A DNA stretch of 64,000 bases, taken from positions 34,348,001-34,412,000 of the forward strand of contig CM126228.1 in NCBI GenBank assembly GCA_052327205.1, given 5' to 3'. A program made the translations under genes and the position numbers. Every line of letters begins with the position of its first letter. The first letter of the stretch is position 1. This document shows, piece after piece, positions 34,867 to 46,190 of this stretch. This DNA comes from Somniosus microcephalus. Lineage: Eukaryota. Under the pieces are notes generated by a model that saw only the letters and a list, made by a program, of their open reading frames with translations, had not been told where the DNA came from and did not search any database.

Positions 34867-36128
34867 AATTTCACACTAGGAACAACTAAAATTGAACGAA
34901 CCACAAACTACACATACTTGGGCTTAAAAATCAGTTCTACGGGAAATTTTCATCTGGCTGTGAATGAACTGAAAGAGAAAGCAAGAAGGGCTTTCTATGC
35001 CATTAAAAAATCAATCCAAATAGAAATCCCAATTGGCATTTGGCTCAAAATTTTTAATCAGTAATTGAACCAATTGCACTCTATGGCAGTGAGGTGTGGG
35101 GACCACTAACACAACAAGAATTTGCAAAATGGGACAAACATCCAATTGAGATCCTACATGCAGAATTCTGTAAAAGTATCCTCTGGACTCAAAGGAAAAC
35201 CGTAAACAATGCATGCAGGGCAGAACTAGGCCAATATCCATTAATAATCACTATCCAAAAAAGAGCCACCAAATTTTGGAAACACCTAAAAATGAGCAAC
35301 CCCCACTGCTATCGTTACGAAGCCCTGAAATGCCAAGAGAGGACCATAAAGAAGAATACCCTCAGTCAACTAGTCCTGGGACTCAGCGAAGTAACTACTA
35401 ACACTACTAACAATAACCAGCCCCAGGACAGTGACAGCGTAACACAAAGAATTCGACCCAACACAATCGTCACTAAGCAAAAGGAAAAATATCTGTCATA
35501 TTGGGCAGAAACAACAAAAACCCAAAACAAACTCAATTGCTACTTGGCCCTAAACAGACAATACAACATGGCTGATTACCTGACGATGGTAAAGGATAGT
35601 AAACTGAGAAAAACCTTGACAATGTACAGACTTAATGAACATAGCCTGGCGATCGAAAAAGGTAGACACAGGCAGACCCGGCTACCAAGAGAGGACAGGA
35701 TATGCTCTCACTGCAGCCAGGGAGTGGTGGAGACAGAGGTGCACTTCCTCACAGCTTGTAGAAAATATCAGGGCATAAGGGATAATTTCTACCCAAAATT
35801 CACAAAAATATGCCCGGAATTCAGAAATTTGAATGACGACCAAAAACTCCCATACCTACTAGGGGAAGAGAGAAATTGTGTAACCTTAGCGGCACACTAT
35901 GTTACAGCTTGCCATAAGCAGAGGGACAACAACTAAATATAAGAAAAGAGTATATAAAAATTATATGAATGTATATTTATACACTCAGGGATATATCTGT
36001 TTATACACTGTATGGATAGATCTGTATTTATGTGTTCAACCATGAATGTTTTTCGATGCTTTGGCAACATAAGATGTACCTTGTCATCATGCCAATAAAG
36101 CGATTTGAATTGAATTGAATTGAATTGA
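34867..36128 (+). mobile_element. RTE-X-like LINE 3' fragment, copy 2
   Basis: YTYLGL...KARRAFYAIK, EPIALYGSEVWG, HAEFCKSIL...ACRAELGQYPL, CCHC knuckle; one 1-bp frameshift near 35055; (AATTG)n tail. Confidence 0.85.
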
Positions 36129-39100
36129 GAGAGGGGGTGTAGGGGAGAGAGGGAGAGGGGCATGGGCGAGAGAGAGGGGAAGGGGCATGGGAGAGAGGGA
36201 GGGGGAGGGGAATGGGAGAGAGGGAGAGGGAGGGGAAATGGGAGAGAGGGAGAGGGAGGGGAATGGGAGAGAGGGAGAGGGAGGGGGAATGGGGAGAGGC
36301 AGGGAGGGGAATGGGGGAGAGGCAGGGAGGGGAATGGGGGAGAGGCAGGGAGGGGGAATGGGGGAGAGGCAGGGAGGGGGAATGGGGGAGAGGCAGGGAG
36401 GGGGAATGGGGGAAAGGCAGGGAGGGGGAATGGGGAGAGGGAAGGAGGGGGAATGGGGGAGAGGGAGGGAGGGGGAATGGGGGAGAGGGAGGGAGGGGGA
36501 ATGGGGGAGAGGGAGGGAGGGGGAATGGGGGAGAGGGAGGGGGAATGGGGGAGAGGGAGGGAGGGGGAGAGGGAGGGGAAATGGGGGAGAGGGAGGGAGG
36601 GGGAATGGGGGAGAGGGAGGGAGGGGGAATGGGGGAGAGGGAGGGAGGGGGAATGGGGGAGAGGGAGGGAGGGGGAATGGGGGAGAGGGAGGGAGGGGGA
36701 ATGGGGGAGAGGNNNNNNNNNNNNNNNNNNNNNNNNNNNNNNNNNNNNNNNNNNNNNNNNNNNNNNNNNNNNNNNNNNNNNNNNNNNNNNNNNNNNNNNN
36801 NNNNNNNNNNNNNNNNNNNNNNNNNNNNNNNNNNNNNNNNNNNNNNNNNNNNNNNNNNNNNNNNNNNNNNNNNNNNNNNNNNNNNNNNNNNNNNNNNNNN
36901 NNNNNNNNNGAGGGGTGAGAGGGAGGGGAGGGGGAGGGGGGAGAGGGAGGGGGAGAGGGAGGGAGGAGGGAGGGGGGGAGAGGGAGGGGGGGAGAGGGAG
37001 GGGGGGAGAGGGAGGGGGGAGAGGGAGTGGGGGGAGAGGGAGGGAGAGGGGAGAGGGGGGGAGAGGGGAGAGGGCGGGAGGAGGTATGGGGGAGAGGGAG
37101 GGAGGGGGAATGGGGGAGAGGGAGGGAGGGGGAATGGGGGAGAGGGAGGGAGGGGAATGGGGGGAGAGGGAGGGAGGGGGAATGGTGGGAGAATGAGGGA
37201 GGGGGAATGGGGGGAGAATGAGGGAGGGGAATGGGGGGAGAATGAGGGAGGGGGAATGGGGGGAGAGGGAGGGAGGGGGAATGGGGGGAGAGGGAGGGAG
37301 GGGGAATGGGGGGAGAGGGAGGGAGGGGGAATGGGGGGAGCGGGAGGGAGGGGGAATGGGTGGGAGAGGGAGGGAGGGGGAATGGGGGGAGAGGGAGGGA
37401 GGGGGAATGGGGGGAGAGGGAGGGGAATGGGGGGAGAGGGAGGGAGGGGGAATGGGGGAGAGGGAGGGAGGGGGAATGGGGGGAGAGGGAGGGAGGGGGA
37501 ATGGGGGGAGAGGGAGGGAGGGGGAATGGGGGGAGAGGGAGGGAGGGGGAATGGGGGGAGAGGGAGGGAGGGGGAATGGGGGGAGAGGGAGGGAGGGGGA
37601 ATGGGGGGAGAGGGAGGGAGGGGGAATGGGGGGAGAGGGAGGGAGGGGGAATGGGGGGAGAGGGAGGGAGGGGGAATGGGGGGAGAGGGAGGGAGGGGGA
37701 ATGGGGGGAGAGGGAGGGAGGGGGAATGGGGGGAGAGGGAGGGAGGGGGAATGGGGGGAGAGGGAGGGAGGGGAATGGGGGGAGAGGGAGGGAGGGGGAA
37801 TGGGGGGAGAGGGAGGGAGGGGGAATGGGGGAGAGGGAGGGAGGGGGAATGGGGGGAGAGGGNNNNNNNNNNNNNNNNNNNNNNNNNNNNNNNNNNNNNN
37901 NNNNNNNNNNNNNNNNNNNNNNNNNNNNNNNNNNNNNNNNNNNNNNNNNNNNNNNNNNNNNNNNNNNNNNNNNNNNNNNNNNNNNNNNNNNNNNNNNNNN
38001 NNNNNNNNNNNNNNNNNNNNNNNNNNNNNNNNNNNNNNNNNNNNNNNNNNNNNNNNNNNNNNNNNNNNNNNNNNNNNNNNNNNNNNNNNNNNNNNNNNNN
38101 NNNNNNNNNNNNNNNNNNNNNNNNNNNNNNNNNNNNNNNNNNNNNNNNNNNNNNNNNNNNNGAAGGGGAGGGAGGGGGAAGGGGATGGAGAGGGGGGNNN
38201 NNNNNNNNNNNNNNNNNNNNNNNNNNNNNNNNNNNNNNNNNNNNNNNNNNNNNNNNNNNNNNNNNNNNNNNNNNNNNNNNNNNNNNNNNNNNNNNNNNNN
38301 NNNNNNNNNNNNNNNNNNNNNNNNNNNNNNNNNNNNNNNNNNNNNNNNNNNNNNNNNNNNNNNNNNNNNNNNNNNNNNNNNNNNNNNNNNNNNNNNNNNN
38401 NNNNNNNNNNNNNNNNNNNNNNNNNNNNNNNNNNNNNNNNNNNNNNNNNNNNNNNNNNNNNNNNNNNNNNNNNNNNNNNNNNNNNNNNNNNNNNNNNNNN
38501 NNNNNNNNNNNNNNNNNNNNNNNNNNNNNNNNNNNNNNNNNNNNNNNNNNNNNNNNNNNNNNNNNNNNNNNNNNNNNNNNNNNNNNNNNNNNNNNNNNNN
38601 NNNNNNNNNNNNNNNNNNNNNNNNNNNNNNNNNNNNNNNNNNNNNNNNNNNNNNNNNNNNNNNNNNNNNNNNNNNNNNNNNNNNNNNNNNNNNNNNNNNN
38701 NNNNNNNNNNNNNNNNNNNNNNNNNNNNNNNNNNNNNNNNNNNNNNNNNNNNNNNNNNNNNNNNNNNNNNNNNNNNNNNNNNNNNNNNNNNNNNNNNNNN
38801 NNNNNNNNNNNNNNNNNNNNNNNNNNNNNNNNNNNNNNNNNNNNNNNNNNNNNNNNNNNNNNNNNNNNNNNNNNNNNNNNNNNNNNNNNNNNNNNNNNNN
38901 NNNNNNNNNNNNNNNNNNNNNNNNNNNNNNNNNNNNNNNNNNNNNNNNNNNNNNNNNNNNNNNNNNNNNNNNNNNNNNNNNNNNNNNNNNNNNNNNNNNN
39001 NNNNNNNNNNNNNNNNNNNNNNNNNNNNNNNNNNNNNNNNNNNNNNNNNNNNNNNNNNNNNNNNNNNNNNNNNNNNNNNNNNNNNNNNNNNNNNNNNNNN

Positions 39101-42100
39101 NNNNNNNNNNNNNNNNNNNNNNNNNNNNNNNNNNNNNNNNNNNNNNNNNNNNNNNNNNNNNNNNNNNNNNNNNNNNNNNNNNNNNNNGGGAGGGGGAATG
39201 GGAGAGAGGGAGGGAGGGGAATGGGAGAGAGGGAGGGAGGGGGAATGGGAGAGAGGAGGGAGGGGGAATGGGAGAGAGGGAGGGAGGGGAATGGGAGAGA
39301 GGGAGGGAGGGGGAATGGGAGAGAGGGAGGGAGGGGGAATGGAGAGAGGAGGGAGGGGGAATGGGAGAGAGGGAGGGAGGGGAATGGGAGAGAGGGAGGG
39401 AGGGGGAATGGGAGAGAGGGCGGGAGGGGAATGGAGAGAGGGCGGAGGGGGAATGGGAGAGAGGGAGGGAGGGGGAATGGGAGAGAGGGAGGGAGGGGGA
39501 ATGGGAGAGAGGGAGGGAGGGGAATGGGAGAGAGGGAGGGAGGGGAATGGGAGAGAGGGAGGGAGGGGAATGGAGAGAGGGAGGGAGAGGGAGAGAGGAG
39601 GGAGGGGAGAGAGGGCGGGAGGAGAGGGAGGGAGGGAGGAGGGAGAGGGGGCATGGGAGAGGGAGAGGGGGAATGAGGGAGGAGGGGAGGGAGGGGAATG
39701 GGAGAGAGGGAGGGGGAATGGGGGAGAGGGAGAGGGGAATGGGGAGAGGGAGAGGGGGAATGGGGGAGAGGGAGAGGGGAATGGGGAGAGGGCGAGGGAG
39801 AGGGGGAATGCGGAGAGGGAGAGGGGGAATGGGGAGAGGAGAGGGGGAATGGGGAGAGGGAGAGGGGAATGGAGGAGAGGGGAGGGAAGGGGAGAGGGGA
39901 GGGGATGAGAGGGGTAAGGGAATGAGAGGGAAGGGGGAATGGGGAGACGGAGAGGGGGAATGGGGGAGAGAGGGGAATGGGGAGAGGGAGAGGGGAATGG
40001 GAGAGGAGGGATGGGGAGAGGAGGGGGAATGGGGAGGGGAGGTGGGAGAGGGGAATGGGGGAGAGGGAGAGGGGGAATGGGGAGAGGGAGAGGGGAATGG
40101 GGTGAGGAAGGGAGAGGGAGAGGGGGAATGGGAGAGAGGGAGAGGGGGGAATGAGGGAGAGGGAGAGGGGAATGGGGGAGAGGGAGAGGGGGAATGGGGG
40201 GAGGTGAGAGGGGAATGGGAGAGGGGAGGGGAATGGGAGATGAGGGAGAGGGAATGGGAGAGAGGGGGAGGGGAGGGGGAATGGGGAGAGGGAGAGGGGG
40301 AATGGGGAGAGGGAGAGGGGGAATGGGGAGAGGGAGGGAGGGGGAATGGGAGAGAGGGATGGGAGGGGGATTGGGAGAGGGAGAGGGGGGAATGGGGGAG
40401 AGGGAGGGAGGNNNNNNNNNNNNNNNNNNNNNNNNNNNNNNNNNNNNNNNNNNNNNNNNNNNNNNNNNNNNNNNNNNNNNNNNNNNNNNNNNNNNNNNNN
40501 NNNNNNNNNNNNNNNNNNNNNNNNNNNNNNNNNNNNNNNNNNNNNNNNNNNNNNNNNNNNNNNNNNNNNNNNNNNNNNNNNNNNNNNNNNNNNNNNNNNN
40601 NNNNNNNNNNNNNNNNNNNNNNNNNNNNNNNNNNNNNNNNNNNNNNNNNNNNNNNNNNNNNNNNNNNNNNNNNNNNNNNNNNNNNNNNNNNNNNNNNNNN
40701 NNNNNNNNNNNNNNNNNNNNNNNNNNNNNNNNNNNNNNNNNNNNNNNNNNNNNNNNNNNNNNNNNNNNNNNNNNNNNNNNNNNNNNNNNNNNNNNNNNNN
40801 NNNNNNNNNNNNNNNNNNNNNNNNNNNNNNNNNNNNNNNNNNNNNNNNNNNNNNNNNNNNNNNNNNNNNNNNNNNNNNNNNNNNNNNNNNNNNNNNNNNN
40901 NNNNNNNNNNNGAGAGGGGGGAGAGGGATAGGGGGGCATGGGAGAGAGGGAGAGGGAGAGGGGGCATGGGGGAGAGGGGGAAGAGGGAGAGGGAGAGGGG
41001 GGCATGGGGGAGAGGGAGAGGGGGGCATGAGGGAGAGGGGGGCATGGAAGAGAGGGAGAGGGGGGCATGGGAGAGAGGGAGAGGGGGCATGGGAGAGAGG
41101 AGAGGGGGGCATGGGAGAGGGGGGCATGAGGGAGAGGAGAGGGGGGCATGAGGGAGAGGGGGGCATGAGGGAGAGGGGGGCATGAGGAGAGGGGGGCATG
41201 GGGGAGAGGGAGAGGGGGCATGGGGGAGAGGGAGAGGGGGCATGGGGGAGAGGGGGGCATGAGGGAGAGGGGGCATGGGGAGAGGGGGGCATGAGGGAGA
41301 GGGGGGCGAGAGGGAGAGGGGGGCATGGGGCGAGAGGGAGAGGGGGGCATGGGGGCGAGGGGGCATGGGGAGAGGGAGAGGGGGGCATGGGGAGAGGGAG
41401 AGGGGGGGCATGGGGAGAGGGAGAGGGGGGAGAGGGAGAGGGGGGCATGGGAGAGAGGGAGAGGGAGAGGGGGCATGGGGAGAGGGGGAAGAGGGAGAGG
41501 GAGAGGGGGGCATGGGGGAGAGGGGGGCATGGGGGAGAGGGAGAGGGGGGCATGAGGGAGAGGGGGGCATGGAAGAGAGGGAGAGGGGGGCATGGGAGAG
41601 AGGGAGAGGGGAGAGGGGGCATGGAGAGAGGGAGAGGGGGGCATGGAGAGGGGGGCATGAGGGAGAGGGAGAGGGGGGCATGAGGGAGAGGGGGCATGAG
41701 GGAGAGGGGGGCATGAGGGAGAGGGGGCATGAGGGAGAGGGGGGCATGAGGGAGAGGGAGAGGGGGGCATGGAGAGAGGGAGAGGGAGAGGGGGCATGGA
41801 GAGAGGAGAGGGAGAGGGGGGCATGGAGAGAGGGAGAGGGAGAGGGGGGCATGGGAGAGAGGGAGAGGGAGAGGGGGCATGGGAGAGAGGGAGAGGGGGG
41901 CATGGGGGAGAGGGAGAGGGGGCATGGGGGAGAGGGAGGGGGGGGCATGAGGGAGAGGGGGGCATGGGGGAGAGGGAGAGGGGCATGGGGAGAGGGGCAT
42001 GGGGAGAGGGGGGCATGAGGGAGAGGGGGCATGGGGGAGAGGGGGGCATGAGGGAGAGGGGGGCATGGGCGAGAGGGAGAGGGGGGCATGGGGGAGAGGG

Positions 42101-42302
42101 AGAGGGGGGCATGGGGCGAGAGGGAGAGGGGGGCATGGGGGAGAGGGGGGCATGGGGGAGAGGGAGAGGGGGGCATGGGGAGAGGGAGAGGGGGCATGGA
42201 GAGAGGGAGAGGGGGGCATGGGAGAGAGGGGGAATGGCAGAGGGAGGGAGGAGAGAGAGAGAGAGGGAATGGAGAGGGAGAAGTAGTGAGAGAGTTTTCT
42301 AC

Positions 42303-42631
42303 CTCCGAAGGTACTGCACCCCATCCCCGAACCGTTCCTCAAACTCCTCCCAGGCCAGTCTCTGGGCGGCCTGAGCCCCCTCCGAGCCGATGGCGGACAG
42401 GTCCAGGATCTCGGAGACCTCCTCGAAGCCGGCGGTGAAGTCGTTGAAGTTGATGGAACCGTCCTTGTCCACGTCCAGCTTGCGGAAGAGCGGGGCGACC
42501 TGCGGGTCGGACAGGCTCAGCTCCCGGCACACGCTGCAGAAATCCTCGAACTCGATCAGCCCCGAGCGGTTCAGGTCGCAGGCGGAGAAAAGTCTCCTGA
42601 GGTCGGGCCGGGTCATCGCCCCCGTGTCCAT
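42303..42631 (-). CDS. RASEF: First coding exon of a Ras and EF-hand domain-containing protein (RASEF/RAB45 family, possibly the rasef2-like paralog)
   Basis: MDTGAMTRPDLRRLFSACDLNRSGLIEFEDFCSVCREL...LFRKLDVDKDGSINFNDF...AWEEFEERFGDGVQYLR shows two EF-hand loops. It matches the recalled RASEF N-terminus (LRSVFAACDANRSG...VFQRLDADRDGAI...AWQDFQARLGD). The exon ends CGG AG|GTAGAA (phase 2, 329 nt) and is CpG-rich. The family call is firmer than the orthology. Confidence 0.85.
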
Positions 42632-43030
42632 GCGGCTGTCCCGGGCTCCGGGTTACTCTGCGCTCAGGCTGCTCTGCACCTGGCTGCCGGCTGTGCCCTG
42701 CCTCTTGACGTCAAGTTGCCTCTTTGCATTGCATTGCCCAGTGTGTGTGTGAGAGTGAGTCTGAGTAATCCTGGTTAGACAGGACTGGCTGCGATCATTC
42801 CACACCAAACAGGCGTTTTCCTACAAGCAGGATCACTCTGCAGCACTCTGCTTGTCAGGATTCAGGTTGCACTGTTAATGCAATGTGTGAAACCACTTCC
42901 AATCCTATTGTACAACACAATGCAGTGCAGATCACTTACTTCAATATGTTATAAACTCTTGCAAGCACCTCCTATAAGTCCTATTTCCTGTCACAGTACA
43001 GTCACCTATTCTCTGACTCACCTGGACTAC
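42632..43030 (-). promoter_or_regulatory. Putative 5'UTR/proximal promoter of the RASEF-like gene, with a palindromic CRE (TGACGTCA 42706-42713) and an AP-1 motif (TGACTCA 43014-43020)
   Basis: Non-repetitive sequence immediately upstream of the ATG, contiguous with the CpG-rich exon. Motifs read directly; TSS unknown. Confidence 0.45.
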
Positions 43031-43107
43031 CCCATGGGAGCTCTGCCAGTATAGTTTTAAAAGTCCGAGTTAACTTTGTCACTTAATTCTACAACGTTGT
43101 TGCACCC

Positions 43108-43520
43108 TGGCTCAGTGGCAGCACTCTCGCCTCTGAGCTCGACGGTTGTGGGTCCCACTCCCGAGACTTGAGCACAAAATCTAGGCTGACACTCCGGCGC
43201 TGCACTGTCGGAGGTGCCGTCGTTCTGATGAGACGTTAAACCGAGGCCCCGTCTGCTCTCTCTCTCTCTCAGGTAGACGTAAAAGATTCCATGGCACTAT
43301 TTCGAAGAGGAGCAGGAAAAGCTCTCCCCGGTGTCCTGGCCAATATTATCCCTCAACCAACACCTAAATTATCTGGTCATTTATCTGATTGCTGTAGGTG
43401 GGACTTTGCTGTCCGCAAATTGTCTGTCGCGCTTCCTACATTACAACAGTGACTATACTTCAAAAGTACTTCATTGGCTGTGAAGTGCGTTGGGACATCC
43501 TGAGGTTGTGAAAGGCGCTG
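43108..43520 (+). mobile_element. DeuSINE
   Basis: TGGCTCAGTGGCAGCACTCTCGCC head, Deu domain and L2 tail. Confidence 0.85.
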
Positions 43521-43659
43521 TATTTTCTTTCAGTTCTTTTTCTGAGGGGAAATGGGTTAAAACACTTTTGTTTTTGCAGGGATTTGGGGGTGTGGCCATT
43601 ATCTCTGTTTCTACAAATATGTACTACCTATTTGAAGCACTGTTGTTTCAAAAACACAT

Positions 43660-44280
43660 TGGGGTCAACTGGATGGTAACGGCCTCAGAATGGGGTCGGT
43701 AGACTTACCGCCCCATTAACACCAGTGGTGGCGCCATTTTGAAAGGGGCCAACCGCCAGGTGACCAAAGCGCCTGCCTGATTCAGACGACAGGCCTCTTA
43801 TAATATGGAAATCAGTGCCCCATGGCCTAAATAGGATCACGATTGCCACCTCGGTGAATTAACCGTGCACACTCCGACCAGATCCATGGGCAATGGAACC
43901 GAAGAGACCCGCCAAAGGTAAGTGTCAAAGTATTTTTATGGGCCCCAGAGGACTAACAGTGCACCTCCAGGGCCCACGAAAATAATCTAGGCCGCTGCCG
44001 CCCCGGGACCCTCACCCTCCGCGATCAGGAACCCCCCCCCCCCTCGGCAACTTAACTTACTAGTGGCTGCCCCGGCCCGATCTTCAGGCCTCAATCCAGC
44101 GAGCTGCATCAGGACCCTGCTGCTAACCTGCCGGATTTAAATGAGGCCGGGGCATCAAAATGGCAAAGGGCGGGTGGGGGGGGTGGAGGGTGAGGGAGGT
44201 GGGGGGGAGGCGGTGACGGGGGGCCTCTTTGCAACTGGAATGGGCGGTCGACTTTCACCCAAAGGTCAAAATCGAACCTA
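43660..44280. mobile_element. Degenerate GC-rich MITE-like element
   Basis: Ends GGGGTCAAC / GGTCAAAATCGAACC resemble the other MITE termini; subterminal ACCGCCCCATT / AATGGGCGGT inverted match. Confidence 0.4.
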
Positions 44281-44569
44281 TTCATTGCAAAAGAAATGAA
44301 TTGGTGAGGGACATTGTACATGGAGCTGTCTCTTTGGGCACTGCCAATATATTGAGGTGAGGCCCTTTGCTATGACAAGAATGTCCTTTCCAAATGAACT
44401 GCTTTGTAATAGTTTCAGGGCTGGGTGTGCTTACTGAAACTCTTAAAACCCTGGAAACAAATTGAGGAACTTTTAAAATTAAAATATTTTGTTTATAATT
44501 GCAGTCAAATCTGTCCCAATCATCCAGTCTAGGTAAAATGATAAAAATAGTTTTAACAGTTAAAAGGAA

Positions 44570-45275
44570 GTTGTATCTCTGTAGCACCTTATTACGTCTT
44601 CAGGACATCCTGACGTGTTTCACAGCCAATGAACTACTTTCTGAAGTACAGTCACTGTTGTGATGTAGGGAAGTACAGCAGCTCATTTTGCACACAACAA
44701 AGTCGCATAAATAGCAAATGAGATAAATGGACAGCTAATTTCTTTTTCTGGAGGTTTTAATTGAGAGGGAAATGTTTGATTAGGACACAACGTGAACTCC
44801 AGTTCAATAAGTGCTTATGGGATCTGTTATGTCCACTTGTACAATCAGGCAGGGCTTCAGTTTTCTTCTGAGGCAGTCCCTCGGAACCGAGGATGACTTG
44901 CTTCCACACTAAAAATGAGTTCTCAGGTGACTGATGAGTCCAATGCGGGACCTACAGTCTCTGTCACAGGTGGGGCAGACGGTGGTTGAAGGGGTGGGTG
45001 GGTGGGGTGCTTGGGTTGACGTGCACTCCTTCCGCTTGCTCCCGGCGAAGAGACTCGAGGAGTTCGGTGCCTTCCCGGATGCTTCTCCTCCACTTTGTGC
45101 GGTCTTGGGCCAGGGATTCCCAGGTGTCGGTGGGGATGTTGCACTTTTTCAAGGAGGCTTTGAGGGTGTCCTTGAAGCGTTTCCTCTGCCCACCTGGAGC
45201 TCTCTTGCCCGTTTTAACATCTCGCTCAAAGGGCAACACCTCTGAAAATACAGCACTTTCTCAGTACAACGCTCA
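44570..45275 (-). mobile_element. Old DeuSINE containing an RTE 3' fragment (44864-45210)
   Basis: RTE peptide GKRAPGGQRKRFKDTLKASLKKCNIPTDTWE; the SINE sequence GGGCTTCAGTTT^TAACATCTC rejoins around it. Confidence 0.85.
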
Positions 45276-45289
45276 AATATTCATAAGAT

Positions 45290-46190
45290 CAAAAGATAAT
45301 TATGGATGTGGAAGGCTATTTGCCCATCTTAATTCATTCACCCAGAGAGATCCGAACATCCCCTAATTGTAGTTTAAATGATTCCAGGGGTTTTGCCTCC
45401 ACCACACTAACTGTCCCACATGTTGGTCATTCTTTGTGTGAAGAAGAATTTCCTGATATAAGTGTTAAAATTACCTTTTGCTGGTTTGAACCTCTGTCCC
45501 CTAGTTCTAATCCTACAGTTTAATTATATACCTCAATCAAATCGTCTCTCAGATGCCTCCTTTCCAAGCTGAAATGCCCAAGTCTTTCTAATCTTTCCTT
45601 AGAAGCTAGGACCCTTGACTGTGTGGACCAGCCTTGTGGCTCTTCTCTGCAATGCCTCCTGTGCTTGAATGTCTCTCTTGTTTCTTGATGATCAGAACTG
45701 GACACAATATTTAGGGTGCGGTCTGACCAGAGCGCTATATGGTTTGATCATTACCTCCTCTGATTTATAGTCTACGGTTTTGGGGATATAGTTCAACATC
45801 CTATTAGATTTGTTGACTGCTGCTCTGCATTGGTTGGACATGTTTAGTATTGAGACTCTTGGGTCTCTTTTGGCTTCATCGTTAGTTATTTCAACACCAC
45901 TCATGGAGCGCGCGTGTCGTCGATTTCTCTTTCCTATGAGTAGCACTTTACACTAAATGTTCTGCTGTTGTTCTGCCCACTTGCATATTTTATCCAACTT
46001 TTTTTTAAATTTCTGAACTGCTTACTTTGATTCCACTGCTCCTCCTACTTTGATCTCATCTCAAAATTTGGCCACTTTGCATTGAGTTTCTGAATCCAGG
46101 TCATTTATGTAACTTAGAAGCAGTAGCGGTCCCAGCTCCAAGCTCTGAGGTACCCCACTCCATCATAACTTCTTGAACATGTACTTGTTG
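45290..46190 (-). mobile_element. Old CR1 3' fragment
   Basis: Minus peptides YSALVRPHPKYCVQF and KERLERLGHFSLERRHLRDDLIEVY. Confidence 0.8.

Larger units (their letters stand above)
32910..42290. repeat. G/A-rich low-complexity minisatellite array with several N-gaps
   Basis: Units GGGGGGAGAGT, GGGGGAGAGGGAGGGAGGGGGAAT and GGGAGAGGGGGGCAT; almost pure purine on the plus strand. Confidence 0.95.

Noticed and set aside
32698-42438. Giant Pro-rich and Gly/Glu/Arg-rich ORFs (up to ~2100 aa) in many frames
   Set aside because: Artefacts of a stop-poor purine satellite plus N-gaps; they are open on both strands and in several frames.
42339-42752. Overlapping ORFs on the plus strand and in an alternate minus frame
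   Set aside because: Shadows of the GC-rich EF-hand exon.
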